In this document: piece by piece, positions 47,425-57,961 of the stretch
Position numbering within the stretch: the first letter of the stretch is position 1
How the letters are laid out: every line of letters begins with the position of its first letter
Origin: an uncultured delta proteobacterium
GTDB taxonomy: Bacteria > Myxococcota > Myxococcia > Myxococcales > Anaeromyxobacteraceae
Direction: 5' to 3'
Assembly (NCBI GenBank): GCA_963814585.1
Contig: CAWFDF010000008.1
Coordinates: forward strand, 128,001 to 192,000
Length of the DNA: 64,000 nt
Notes under the pieces: generated by a model
What the model was told of the DNA's origin: nothing
Database searches by the model: none
Seen by the model: only the letters and a program-made list of their open reading frames with translations
Program-made: the position numbers and the translations under genes

Positions 47425-48464
47425 ATGCGCCGATCCGCCCTCCACGCACTGACCGTCACCGCGCTGATCGGCCTGGCCGCCTGCGGTGAGGCACCTCCGG
47501 TCGAGGCGACATCGGCCGATATCGCCGCGCCCGGGCCGGGACTCCAGCAGGTCTCCTTCACCGGCGTCGGCGACCCGGCGACAGGCCGGCTCCAGATCTT
47601 CATGGGACCGCAGGCGTCCATCGGCACCATCACCGAGGACAAGGACGGCAGCGCCGCCACGGTGACCGCCGACACGGCGCAGGTCTATGGCCCAACGCGG
47701 TCACCTTCATCGCCACGGGCGGCGTCGGGCTATCCGGCCGGTTGCAGCAACACGGCCGCCCTAGGCATGGTCGCCAACGTCGAGGTCTTCTCCGGCTTCA
47801 AGGAGCAGCTCCGCAACGTCTACGCCCGGATCACCAGCGTGAGCGGCGGCCAGACCTTCTGCACCAGGGCGACGCCCGGCGGCCATCGCGCCGCCCGCTC
47901 GGCACCTACTCCGGGCTCTACTTCTACCAGCCGCTCAACAGCTGGCACGTCCCCGAGCGCCATCAAGCGGTCCGGTCCAGTGGGCCCTGAACCTGCCCGA
48001 CAATGGCGCCCTTCTGGTTCAGCGGCGACGCTCTGCGCCGAGGTCATCCCGGCGCCGCCCGACCTGCGTCGCGCCGGCGGACAACCTCGTCATCCAATCT
48101 GCCACGCACAAGCCCCAGCGTCACCTTCTCCTGGACCAACGATCCGCGGGCCGACGGAGGGACCTCGGGCGAACGGCTATCGCCGTGGCGCGCCCGAGCG
48201 GCGGCGCCTACCTGACCGCTACGCAATGCGGGAGCGCCGGGACTGCTGCCGCGCCCATCGCCTTCGATCCGGAGCTCTGCCGTCGCGACGACCTACTACA
48301 CCCACGGACCCTTCAACCGGAGAACCACAAGCTACAGGGCTCGCTACGCCAGGGGATTCTGGTACCAGTGGACACTCCAGAGCGCCTTCCTCTTGCCCGG
48401 AGCGAGGACCACCCGGACTCTTGGAAGCACGTTCATGACCCGCCACTTCGCCGTCGTCCAGTAG
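47425..48464 (+). pseudogene. Lipoprotein with multiple apparent frameshifts (assembly error or decay)
   Basis: Clean N-terminus with lipobox LAAC. Coherent segments continue in alternating frames (ANVEVFSGFKEQLRNVYARITS; YSGLYFYQPL; FWFSG; PSVTFSWTND) to a probable end TRHFAVVQ-TAG at 48464. Confidence 0.55.
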
Positions 48465-48481
48465 GCCTTGGGTCAGCCCCC

Positions 48482-48659
48482 ATGAACAACTCAATCACGC
48501 TTACGACGCCTGCCCCTCCCAGCCGGCCACCCCCGCGCCGTGCCCCTACGAGTCGCCCCGCCTCACCGGCAAGCGCGTCACTCGATCGGGTGACGCTCCT
48601 CAGCAGCGCGTCTCTGCGCGCCGAGCGACCCGCGTCCTGCACATATCGGTCACCTGTAG
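48482..48659 (+). CDS. Putative lasso-type RiPP precursor peptide (reading frame disrupted)
   Basis: ATG 48482. PYESPRLTGKR (YxxPxL) reads from 48544 in one frame, SLDRVTLLS in another, and ...CAPSDP...IGHL-TAG(48659) in the third. About 55-59 codons. Confidence 0.55.
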
Positions 48660-49662
48660 TGCCGCTGAGGACCGCTCCCGCTCGCGCTCGCCGCTCGCCG
48701 CGGCCCTGCTGGCCTGCGCCGCGGATCCCGCCCCCGCCCTGCCCCTGCCCCGACGGCTACCCGGCCACCGCGACGCGCCCGGCCGGCTGCAGCCCCGGAC
48801 GTCGACTGGCTCGCCTTCGCCTTCACCAGGCCAGGGCACGCTCGACGCCGGCCGTCTTCATCGGCAAGCCGGACGGCAGCTGCGCCCAGCGCCTCACCAC
48901 CGACGCGCGCCTACTACGGCGACCCGGCCTTCTTCCCGGGCGGCAAGAAGCTGGTCTACGCCAGCACCAGGAGCGGCCTGAACCAGCTCTACGTCCGCGA
49001 CCTGGTGACCGGCGCGGAGACCCGACTCGACACCACCTACACCTTCGCGCCGCCGACCGGCCACCGCGGACACGCTGACCGCCGCCATGCCGTCGGTCTC
49101 GCCGGACGGCGCCACCATCGCCTTCGAGGGAAGCCTGGCCGCCTACCCGGGCTGGAGCGACGTCTTCACGGTTCCGGTCGTCGGGCGGCGACGTGGCGCG
49201 GGTGACGCACGATCCGGCCGCGGCCACCAGCCCCAGGTGGTCGCCTGACGGGGCGCTCCTCTACTACCTCTCCTACCAGACGGGCGCCGAGGAGCTCTTC
49301 TCGGTCCAGCCGGACGGCACCGCCGAGGTGACCCGGATCACCACCGGCTCTGCGCTCTCCAGCCGGTTCGACGTCTCCGGCGACGGCCGGCGCTGGTCTA
49401 CGCCCGCCACTCGACGACCGGCGCCGGCCCCCAGCCGACCGAGCTGGTCGCCTACGACCTCGCCACCGCGCCGGTGCGCGTCATCTCCTCGGCCAACGAG
49501 GCCGACCCGGCGGTGGACGCAGCGAACACCTCGGTGGCCGTCTCCCGCCGCAACGCCGCCAGCGGCTACGACCTCTTCCTGCTCGACTACGCCAGCGGCG
49601 CGGTGAAGCGGCAGCTCACCAGCTGCCCCGGCCAGGCCTTCGGCGCCGCCTTCGCCCGTTGA
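48659..49662 (+). pseudogene. TolB-like/PD40 beta-propeller lipoprotein with several apparent frameshifts
   Basis: Lipobox ALLAC; segments PAFFPGGKKLVYASTRSGLNQLYVRDL, PSVSPDGATIAFEG and PRWSPDGALLYY in different frames. Stop overlaps the next start. Confidence 0.7.
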
Positions 49663-50372
49663 CCGGCGCGGCCCCGCTCTTCCGGCTCCGCCAGGCCGCC
49701 CGCGGCCTGGCGCTGCGCGCCCTCCTGCCTCTCATGGTGAAGCAGCGGGCGCTCCCCGACCTGCTGGCCCGGCTCGACCTGCCGAGGGAGCCCGGCGCGC
49801 CACCGGGCGACGGCCAGCGCCGGCTGGCCGAGCGGCTCTTCCAGCCGCTCCGCTTCTGGCCCACCACCTGCCTCTACCGGGCGCTGGGGAGCTACGCCCT
49901 CCTGCGCGCCGCCGGGCAGGAGGTCCGGTTCGTCATCGGCGTCTCCAGGGCCGGCGGGGAGCTGGTGGCGCACGCCTGGCTGGAGCGCGACGGCCGGGCC
50001 ATCATCGACCGGCCCGGCCCCGGCGAGGGCTACGCGGTGGCCTACGCCTGGCCGGCCGACCCGGCTATGCTGCCGGCGCCGAGGGGGAACGCCAGCGTGC
50101 CCGGGATCAGCTGCAGCGACGACGCCGTGCTCACCGAGCTCCAGGACGGCACCGGCGTGCTGCTCCACCTCCAGACCCGCTTCTACTTCACGCTCAACCC
50201 CAGCGGCGTGCAGGCCTGGAAGCTGATCGGCGCCGGCGCCCGGGACGCCGCCGAGCTGGCGCGGCGGCTGGCCGCCGCCTTCCCGGACGCCGACCCGGTG
50301 AAGGTCCGGGCCGACGTCGACGCGCTGCTGGCCGACCTGGTGCGCGAGTCCCTGGTCGTCGTCCGGGGCTGA
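49659..50372 (+). CDS. Lasso B2-type leader peptidase (transglutaminase-like) fused to a C-terminal PqqD/RRE domain
   Basis: TCLYRAL...FVIGV...AHAWLE (B2 Cys/His motifs), then GVLLHLQTRFYFTLNPSGVQAWKLI...RADVDALLADLVRESLV (PqqD). Confidence 0.88.
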   Translation: MTGAAPLFRLRQAARGLALRALLPLMVKQRALPDLLARLDLPREPGAPPGDGQRRLAERLFQPLRFWPTTCLYRALGSYALLRAAGQEVRFVIGVSRAGGELVAHAWLERDGRAIIDRPGPGEGYAVAYAWPADPAMLPAPRGNASVPGISCSDDAVLTELQDGTGVLLHLQTRFYFTLNPSGVQAWKLIGAGARDAAELARRLAAAFPDADPVKVRADVDALLADLVRESLVVVRG

Positions 50373-50379
50373 GCCGACC

Positions 50380-51327
50380 GTGCCGGCCTTCGCGCTCCAC
50401 CACCTGACGGTCAAGACCGTCTCCGCGCTGGACGTCGATCCCGGGGCGCTGCTGCTGGCCGGCTTCCCCCCGTCCGAGGACTGGCGCCGCCCCGCGCTCA
50501 CCATCGCCTTCGAGGCGGCCACCGGGCCGCTGCCGCCGCCGCGGGGTCCGGCCTTCTTCGAGCACGGCGACGTCTCCGTCCACCTCGACGGCGGCGTGGC
50601 GGTCGTCTCCGGGCCGGGCACCCGGCTGCGGGTCTCGGAGCGTGGCGAGCGGATCGACGGCCTGCTGGTCCCGGCCGCCGCCGGCGAGCCCCGCGAGGTG
50701 GCCGAGATCGACCTGATGCTGGCGCTGACGCTGGCGCTCCGCTCGCACGGCCTGGTCCACCTGCACGCCGCCGCCACGGTGTCGCCCTCCGGCCAGGTGC
50801 TGCTCATCACCGGGACGGGCGGCGCCGGCAAGAGCACGCTGGCCGCGGCGCTGGTGGCCGCCGGCCACGGCTACCTCGGCGACGACGTGGTCCTGGTCGC
50901 GCCCGGCGGCGCCCTGCTGGCCTTCCCCCGCCCCTTCCACCTCTCCCCGGCGTCGGCGCGCGCGGTGGGCGTCGAGGCCGGCCCGACGCGTCCCCGGACC
51001 GGCAAGGGCGACCTCGACGCCGGTGCCGCCTTCCCCGGCCGCTTCCGCTGGTTCGCCCCGGCGCCCGACCTGGTGCTGATGCCGCGCGTGGCCAGCCAGC
51101 CGTCCACGGCGCTGGAGCCGTCCACCCGGGCCGAGGGGCTCGGCGCGCTCCTCTCGCTCAGCGCCTTCGCCGCCTCGGCGCTCCCCGGGGCCGCCGAGCA
51201 GCGGGCCCGGCTGGCCTCGGTGATGGACGGGGCCCGCCCGGTGAGCCTGGCGCTGGGGCGCGACCTGCTCGACGACGCCGCCAGGACGGTGGCCCGGCTC
51301 GAGGCGGCGCTGGCCCGGAAGGAGTAG
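50380..51327 (+). CDS. HPr-kinase-like P-loop kinase (RiPP-associated type)
   Basis: HLHAAA...GTGGAGKSTLA...YLGDDVV. Confidence 0.8.
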   Translation: MPAFALHHLTVKTVSALDVDPGALLLAGFPPSEDWRRPALTIAFEAATGPLPPPRGPAFFEHGDVSVHLDGGVAVVSGPGTRLRVSERGERIDGLLVPAAAGEPREVAEIDLMLALTLALRSHGLVHLHAAATVSPSGQVLLITGTGGAGKSTLAAALVAAGHGYLGDDVVLVAPGGALLAFPRPFHLSPASARAVGVEAGPTRPRTGKGDLDAGAAFPGRFRWFAPAPDLVLMPRVASQPSTALEPSTRAEGLGALLSLSAFAASALPGAAEQRARLASVMDGARPVSLALGRDLLDDAARTVARLEAALARKE

Positions 51328-51421
51328 GCGGCCGGCTCCGGCTCGACGTCGCCCGGCCGGCGCGGCCCCGAGTCGCACGCACCCAGGGTCACACGCACCT
51401 CCCGGCCCCGGTGGCGCCCTG

Positions 51422-52513
51422 CTACCCCTGCCCCGTCGCCAGCCGGATCGCCTTGCAGAGCCCGGCGAAGCGCGGGATGCGCGCCGCCTCCGCCGGCGGG
51501 TGGAACGCCGCCTCGACGTGCTCCTCCGAGAGGCGCGGCACGAAGCCGGCCGGCAGCCGCGCCACGAAGGCCTCCTCGATGCAGCCTCGCACCGGTCCCG
51601 GCGGGCGCCCCAGCGAGACCGGGTCGTAGCCGAAGCCGTGGCGGTAGCCGAGCGGCGCCACGGCCACGTCGGCCCCGGTCTCCTCGCGGAGCTCGCGGCG
51701 AGCGGTCTCGATGGGCGTCTCCCCCGGATCCATCCGCCCGGTGACGGGCTGCCAGAAGCCGCCTCGCTCCGGCGCGCGCCTGAGCAGCAGCACGCGCCCG
51801 TCGGAGGCCACCGGCACCACCGAGACGGTGCGCAGCGGGTCCGGCCCCGGCGTGAGCCGCCGCCCCAGCGCCTCGGCGGCGTGCCGGGCCAGCTGGGCCT
51901 CCACCTCGTCGACCGGCGGGGCGGCCCGGCCACGCGCCGCGAGCTCGGCCGCCAGGCTGGTGACGCCGAGCCGCGGGTCGGCGATGCCGCACGGGACGAT
52001 CGCCTGGAAGTGGGCGAGATCCGGCGAGAGGTTGAAGGCGAAGCCGTGGCTGGTGATCCAGCGGGCCAGGTGGACGCCGACCGCGCCGATCTTCCTCGTC
52101 CCCACCCAGGCGCCGCGGTGCTCCTCGTGGCGGCCCGCCACCACGCCGTGATCGGCGCAGGTCCGGATCATCGCCTCCTCCAGCGCCGCCACGTAGCGGC
52201 GCACGTCGGGCCGATCGGCGAGGTCGAGCACCGGGTACCCGACCACCTGTCCGGGGCCGTGGTAGGTGACGTCGCCGCCGCGGTCGGTCTCGTGGAGCTC
52301 GAACCCCTGCGCCTCCAGCCAGGCCGGCGCGGCGATCAGGTTGGCCCGGTCGGCGCTGCGGCCGAAGGTGAGCAGCGGCGGGTGCTCGAGCAGGAAGAGG
52401 TGGTCGGTCTCCGGCGGGGTGGCCGCCCGCAGGGCGTCGCCGGCCAGGCGCATCAGCGCCAGCCCGTCCTGGTACTCGACGCGCCCGAGCCGGTGGACCT
52501 GCAGCGCCCTCAC
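51422..52513 (-). CDS. lipB: Octanoyltransferase LipB fused to a NUDIX hydrolase domain
   Basis: LLEHPP, DRGGDVTYHGPGQ, RKIGAVG, HGFAFN, IVPCGI; then FWQPVTGRMDPGETPIETARRELREETG. GTG start overlapping the lpdA stop. Confidence 0.9.
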   Translation of the reverse strand: MRALQVHRLGRVEYQDGLALMRLAGDALRAATPPETDHLFLLEHPPLLTFGRSADRANLIAAPAWLEAQGFELHETDRGGDVTYHGPGQVVGYPVLDLADRPDVRRYVAALEEAMIRTCADHGVVAGRHEEHRGAWVGTRKIGAVGVHLARWITSHGFAFNLSPDLAHFQAIVPCGIADPRLGVTSLAAELAARGRAAPPVDEVEAQLARHAAEALGRRLTPGPDPLRTVSVVPVASDGRVLLLRRAPERGGFWQPVTGRMDPGETPIETARRELREETGADVAVAPLGYRHGFGYDPVSLGRPPGPVRGCIEEAFVARLPAGFVPRLSEEHVEAAFHPPAEAARIPRFAGLCKAIRLATGQG

Positions 52514-53946
52514 GCCTTGGCGTCCGCCTTCTTGGGCCGCGCCGGGCGGTTGAGGGCGTGGATGGCCTCGCCCAGGGCCGCCTTGCAGGCCTCCATGAAG
52601 GCCTCGGGCAGCGTCGGATGGGCATGGACGGTGAGCGCCACGTCCTCGACGTAGGCCCCCATCTCCAGCGCCAGCGCCGCCTCGGCGATCAGGTCGGACG
52701 CCTCCGGTCCGCACATGGTGACGCCGAGCAGGAGGCCGGTCTTCCTGTCCCCCACCACCTTCACGAACCCTTCGGTGTGATCCATGGCGATGGCGCGTCC
52801 CAGCGCGCCGAAGGCGAACTTGCCGACCATGGGCTCGTGGCCGGCCGCCACCGCCTGCTCCTCGGAGAGGCCGACCGCCGCCACCTCCGGATCGCTGAAG
52901 ATGGCCGCCGGCATGGCCACCCAGTCGCGAGCGCTCTTCTTTCCGGCGATGACCTCGGCGGCGATCTCGCCCTCCCTGGAGGCCTTGTGGGCCAGCAGCG
53001 GTGGTCCGGAGAGATCGCCGACGGCGAAGACACTGGGCGCGCTGGTCCGGAACTGCGCGTCCACCTCGACGAAACCTCTCGGCCCGACCTTGACGCCGGC
53101 CGCCTCCAGCCCCAGGCCGTCGGTGACAGGCTTCATGCCGACCGCCACCAGGATCTTGTCGCAGGTGACGGACTGCTCGGCGCCGTCCACCTCGAACTTG
53201 ACGGCGAGCTCCTTCCCCTTCCTCTCGAAACCCCTGGCCTTGGCGTTGACGTGGACGGTGGCCTTGCGCAGTCGAAGCCCCTTCTGCACCAGCCGGACCG
53301 CCTCGGGGTCGATGCCGGCCAGGATGGTCGGCAGCGCCTCCAGGAAGGTCACCTCGCTGCCCAGCTTGGCGTAGACGGTGCCGAGCTCGAGGCCGATGAC
53401 GCCTCCGCCCACCACCACCAGCCGCCTCGGCACCTCGGGAAGGTCGACCGCCTCCCTGGCGCTCCAGACGTCCTTGCCGTCGAAGGCGAAGCCGGGGATC
53501 TCGATGGTGCGGGCGCCGGTGGCGAGGATGAAGGCCGGGGCCTCGAGGCGGAGCGGCTCGGCGCCGCCGGTCACCTCGACCGCGGTGGGCGAGACGAACC
53601 TGCCTGTCCCCTTCACCACCTCGACGCCGTTCCCCTTCTCGAGCTGGCCGACGCCACCGACCAGCTTCTTCACCACGCCGGTCTTGAACTCGCGCAGCCT
53701 GGCCACGTCCACGCGCGGGGAGTCGGCCAGGATGCCTCGCTCGGCGGCGCCCCGGACGTCCTCCACCAGGTTGGCCGCGGCGATGAGCGCCTTCGACGGG
53801 ATGCAGCCCCAGTTGAGGCAGACCCCGCCCAGCGACTCCTTCTCGACCAGCGCCACCCGCTTGCCGAGCTGGGCCAGCCGGATGGCGGCCACGTACCCGC
53901 CGGGGCCGGCGCCGACCACGACCGCGTCGAATGTCTTGGTTGCCAT
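52510..53946 (-). CDS. lpdA: Dihydrolipoyl dehydrogenase (E3)
   Basis: GAGPGGY, GGVCLNWGCIPSKAL, GGGVIG, HAHPTLPE. Confidence 0.97.
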   Translation of the reverse strand: MATKTFDAVVVGAGPGGYVAAIRLAQLGKRVALVEKESLGGVCLNWGCIPSKALIAAANLVEDVRGAAERGILADSPRVDVARLREFKTGVVKKLVGGVGQLEKGNGVEVVKGTGRFVSPTAVEVTGGAEPLRLEAPAFILATGARTIEIPGFAFDGKDVWSAREAVDLPEVPRRLVVVGGGVIGLELGTVYAKLGSEVTFLEALPTILAGIDPEAVRLVQKGLRLRKATVHVNAKARGFERKGKELAVKFEVDGAEQSVTCDKILVAVGMKPVTDGLGLEAAGVKVGPRGFVEVDAQFRTSAPSVFAVGDLSGPPLLAHKASREGEIAAEVIAGKKSARDWVAMPAAIFSDPEVAAVGLSEEQAVAAGHEPMVGKFAFGALGRAIAMDHTEGFVKVVGDRKTGLLLGVTMCGPEASDLIAEAALALEMGAYVEDVALTVHAHPTLPEAFMEACKAALGEAIHALNRPARPKKADAKA

Positions 53947-53987
53947 GTGCTCCCTCGCTTGGTGCCCGGGTGAATATACGCCCGGGG

Positions 53988-54827
53988 TCAGTCCCGCGCT
54001 CGCTTGCGCCGCCGCCTCAGCTCCCGCTCGTCGACCAGGGGCGGCGTCGCCGGCCGGATCCCGGTGAGCCGCTGCACCACCGCCCCCGCCGCGGCCAGCC
54101 CGAAGGCGCCGGTGACGAAGGCGATCGAGCCGTGGCACCTCGGCTCCCTGCGCCGAGGCCCCTCCCCGCGCGGGCGCGTCCCCGGGATCCCGGCCTCGTC
54201 CCCGGGCAGCGGGAGCGCGCGGCGCGGCGGCTCGATCGACCAGACCGCCAGCACGCCGGTCGGGGCGCTGGCCGAGATGCCGAACCGCTTGCGCAGGTAC
54301 TTGCGGACGTCCTTGGCCAGCTGGTCGGTGTGCGAGTCGCACAGGTCGGTCACCTGGATGGCGGTCGGATCGACCCGCCGCGCGGCGCCCAGGGCGGTGA
54401 CCACCGGGATCCCCAGCGTCAGGCACCGGTCGATGACGTGGAGCTTCGCCACCACCGTGTCCATGGCGTCGACGACGAAGTCGACGCCGGCGGGAGGAAC
54501 CAGCCGCTCGGCGGTCGACTCGTCGTAGCGGACCGCCACCGGCGTGACGGCGCCAGTCGAGATGCGCGAGAGCCGCTCGGCCAGGGCCTCGGCCTTGAGC
54601 CTGCCCACCTCGCCGTCGAGCGCGTGGAGCTGCCGGTTGACGTTGGTCTCGTCCACCCGCTCGCCGTCGACCAGCGTGAGCCGCCCCACCCCGGCGCGGG
54701 CCAGCGCCTCGGCGGTGAAGGAGCCGACGCCGCCGAGCCCGAGCACCACCACGTGGGATCGGGCCAGCCGCGCCTGGGCCTCCGCGCCCAGCAGCCGGGC
54801 GTTCCGGTCGAGCCGCGGCGGGATCAT
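53988..54827 (-). CDS. tcdA: tRNA threonylcarbamoyladenosine dehydratase (TcdA/CsdL, ThiF family)
   Basis: GLGGVGSFTAEALARAGVG, TNVNRQLHA, VVDAMD, GSIAFVTGAFG. Confidence 0.85.
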   Translation of the reverse strand: MIPPRLDRNARLLGAEAQARLARSHVVVLGLGGVGSFTAEALARAGVGRLTLVDGERVDETNVNRQLHALDGEVGRLKAEALAERLSRISTGAVTPVAVRYDESTAERLVPPAGVDFVVDAMDTVVAKLHVIDRCLTLGIPVVTALGAARRVDPTAIQVTDLCDSHTDQLAKDVRKYLRKRFGISASAPTGVLAVWSIEPPRRALPLPGDEAGIPGTRPRGEGPRRREPRCHGSIAFVTGAFGLAAAGAVVQRLTGIRPATPPLVDERELRRRRKRARD

Positions 54828-55624
54828 CGCGCCCCCCCGGCGGCCGGCGGCGCCGGCAGGAACAGCCGCCTGGCGTTGGCGCTGGTGAGGGCGTCCACCT
54901 CCGCCACCGGGCGACCCAGCGCCGCGGCCAGCGCCGCGGCGGTCTCGGCCAGCCAGGCCGGCTCGCAGCGGCCGCGGTGAGGGCGCGGGGTCTGGTCGGG
55001 TCCGTCGGTCTCGAGCAGCAGCCGGTCGGGCGGCACCGCGCGCGCCGCCAGCAGCGGCCTCCTGGCCCCCGGCCAGGTGATGGCGCCGGCGAAGGAGAAG
55101 TGGAGCCCGAGCGCGGCGAACGGCGCCGCCTGCTCCGCCGAGCCGGAGTAGCTGTGGAGGGCGCCGCCGAACGGCAGGCCGTCGCGCTCCAGCACCGGGA
55201 GGAGCGCCGGGAGCGCGTGCAGCGCGTGGAGCGAGACCGGCAGCCGGTGCTTGCGAGCCAGCGCCAGCTGCCCCTCCAGCACCGCCACCTGGCGCTCCAT
55301 CGAGGCCCCCTCCCCGACGCTCCCGCCGTCGAGGCCGCACTCCCCCACCGCCACCACGCCGCCGCCTCGGAGGGCCGCGTCGAGATCGGCGAGCCGGCGG
55401 TCGTCGCCGCCCGGGTCGAGGTCGGGGAGGAGCTGCGGGTGGATCCCCAGCCCCGCGTGGAGGCCAGGCGTGGCGCTCGCCAGCGCCAGCAGGCGCGCCC
55501 AGCCATCCGGGCCGATGGCCGGGACCAGGACGTCGGTGACGCCGGCTCGGCGGGCCCGCTCGACCACGTCGCCGCGGTCGGCGTCGAAGACCGGGAGGTC
55601 GAGGTGGCAATGGGTGTCGAACAC
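54824..55624 (-). CDS. TatD-family hydrolase/DNase
   Basis: FDTHCHLD, GIHP, VGECGLD, HSYSG, LETDGP. Confidence 0.92.
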   Translation of the reverse strand: MFDTHCHLDLPVFDADRGDVVERARRAGVTDVLVPAIGPDGWARLLALASATPGLHAGLGIHPQLLPDLDPGGDDRRLADLDAALRGGGVVAVGECGLDGGSVGEGASMERQVAVLEGQLALARKHRLPVSLHALHALPALLPVLERDGLPFGGALHSYSGSAEQAAPFAALGLHFSFAGAITWPGARRPLLAARAVPPDRLLLETDGPDQTPRPHRGRCEPAWLAETAAALAAALGRPVAEVDALTSANARRLFLPAPPAAGGAR

Positions 55625-55633
55625 GCGGTGGGT

Positions 55634-56957
55634 TCAGACCAGCCGCATGAAGAGCAGCCCCGGCTCCTCGAGGTACTTGATCACCTCGTAGCAGAAGGCC
55701 GCCGCCTCGTGGCCGTCCACCACCCGGTGATCGCTGGTGACCGAGACGTGCATCACGTCGCGGATGACGATCTGGCCGTCCCGCACCACCGGGGTCGGGC
55801 GCATCCGGTGGATGCCGAGGATGCCCACCTCGGGGTGGTTGAGCACCGGCGTGGCGAACATCCCGCCCAGGGCGCCGAGGCTGGTGATGGTGAAGGTGGA
55901 GTGGCCGTGGTCCTCGGCGCGGGCCCGGCCGGCCCTGGCGTCGGCCGAGAGCCGATCGAATCTCGCGGGCCAGGTCGAGCAGCGAGCGCGCGTCCGCGCC
56001 CCGGACCACCGGCACCAGCAGCCCCTGCTCGGTGGCCGCGGCGATGCCGATGTCCCAGTGCCTCTTGATGACGATCTCGCCGGCCTCCTCGTCGAGCTCG
56101 GCGTTGAGCTTCGGGTGGGCCTGGAGCGCCGCCACCACCGCCTTGACGACGAAGGGCAGGAAGGTGAGCTTGACGCCCTCGGCCCCGGCGCCGGCCGTCA
56201 TCCGCTCCTTCAGGCGGACCAGCTCGGTCACGTCGCACTGCTCGACGAAGGTGAAATGGGCGGCGGTCCGCTTGGAGAGCGCCATCTTCTCGGCGATCTT
56301 CCTGCGGACGCCGCGCAGCGGGATCCGCTCGTCGGTGCCGCGCGAGACCCGCGGCACGGCGCGGCGCTCCGGCTCCCGGCCGCCGCCCTCCTGGTCACCA
56401 CCACCCTGGAAGGCCTGCAGGTCCTGCTTGGTGACCCGACCGCCCTCGCCTGTCCCCGCCACCCGCTGCAGGTCGAGCTCCAGCTCCCTGGCCAGCGCCC
56501 GGACCGCCGGGGTGGCGAGCGCCCGCCTGCCCGCAGGGCGGACCGCCTCGGCCCGGGGAGCGGCCGGACGGGCGGGCGCGGAGGCGGGGGCGGGCCCGGT
56601 CGAAGCCTGGGCCGCGGCCGCCGCCGTATTCGCGGGCGCGGGCGCGGGCGCGGGCGCCGCCGGGGTCGAGGGCGAGGCCGGGGCCGCCTTCGCCTTCGCT
56701 GGCGGAGCGGCGGCCGAGTCCGACGGCTCGAGCTCGATCAACGCCGAGTGGACCCTGGCGACGTCCCCCTCCTTCCAGCAGCGGCGCAGCACCCGCCCGC
56801 GCCTCGGCGACGGGATGGTGACGGTGGCCTTGTCGGTCATCACCTCGACCAGCGGCTGGTCCTCGGCCACCTCCTCACCCTCGGTGACGAACCACCTCAC
56901 GATCTCGGCCTCGACGACCCCCTCGCCGATGTCGGGCAGCTCCAGCGTGTAGGACAT
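55634..56957 (-). CDS. 2-oxo acid dehydrogenase E2 (dihydrolipoamide acyltransferase), +1 frameshift near 55960
   Basis: Lipoyl domain EVMTDKAT, E3-binding ATPAVRALAR; catalytic TFTITSLG and DHRVVDG in a shifted frame. Removing one base gives a 440-aa protein. Confidence 0.92.
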
Positions 56958-56974
56958 GGCGAGCCTCGCTTCGG

Positions 56975-57949
<975 letters not shown>

Positions 57950-57961
57950 GCCGGCGCTCGC

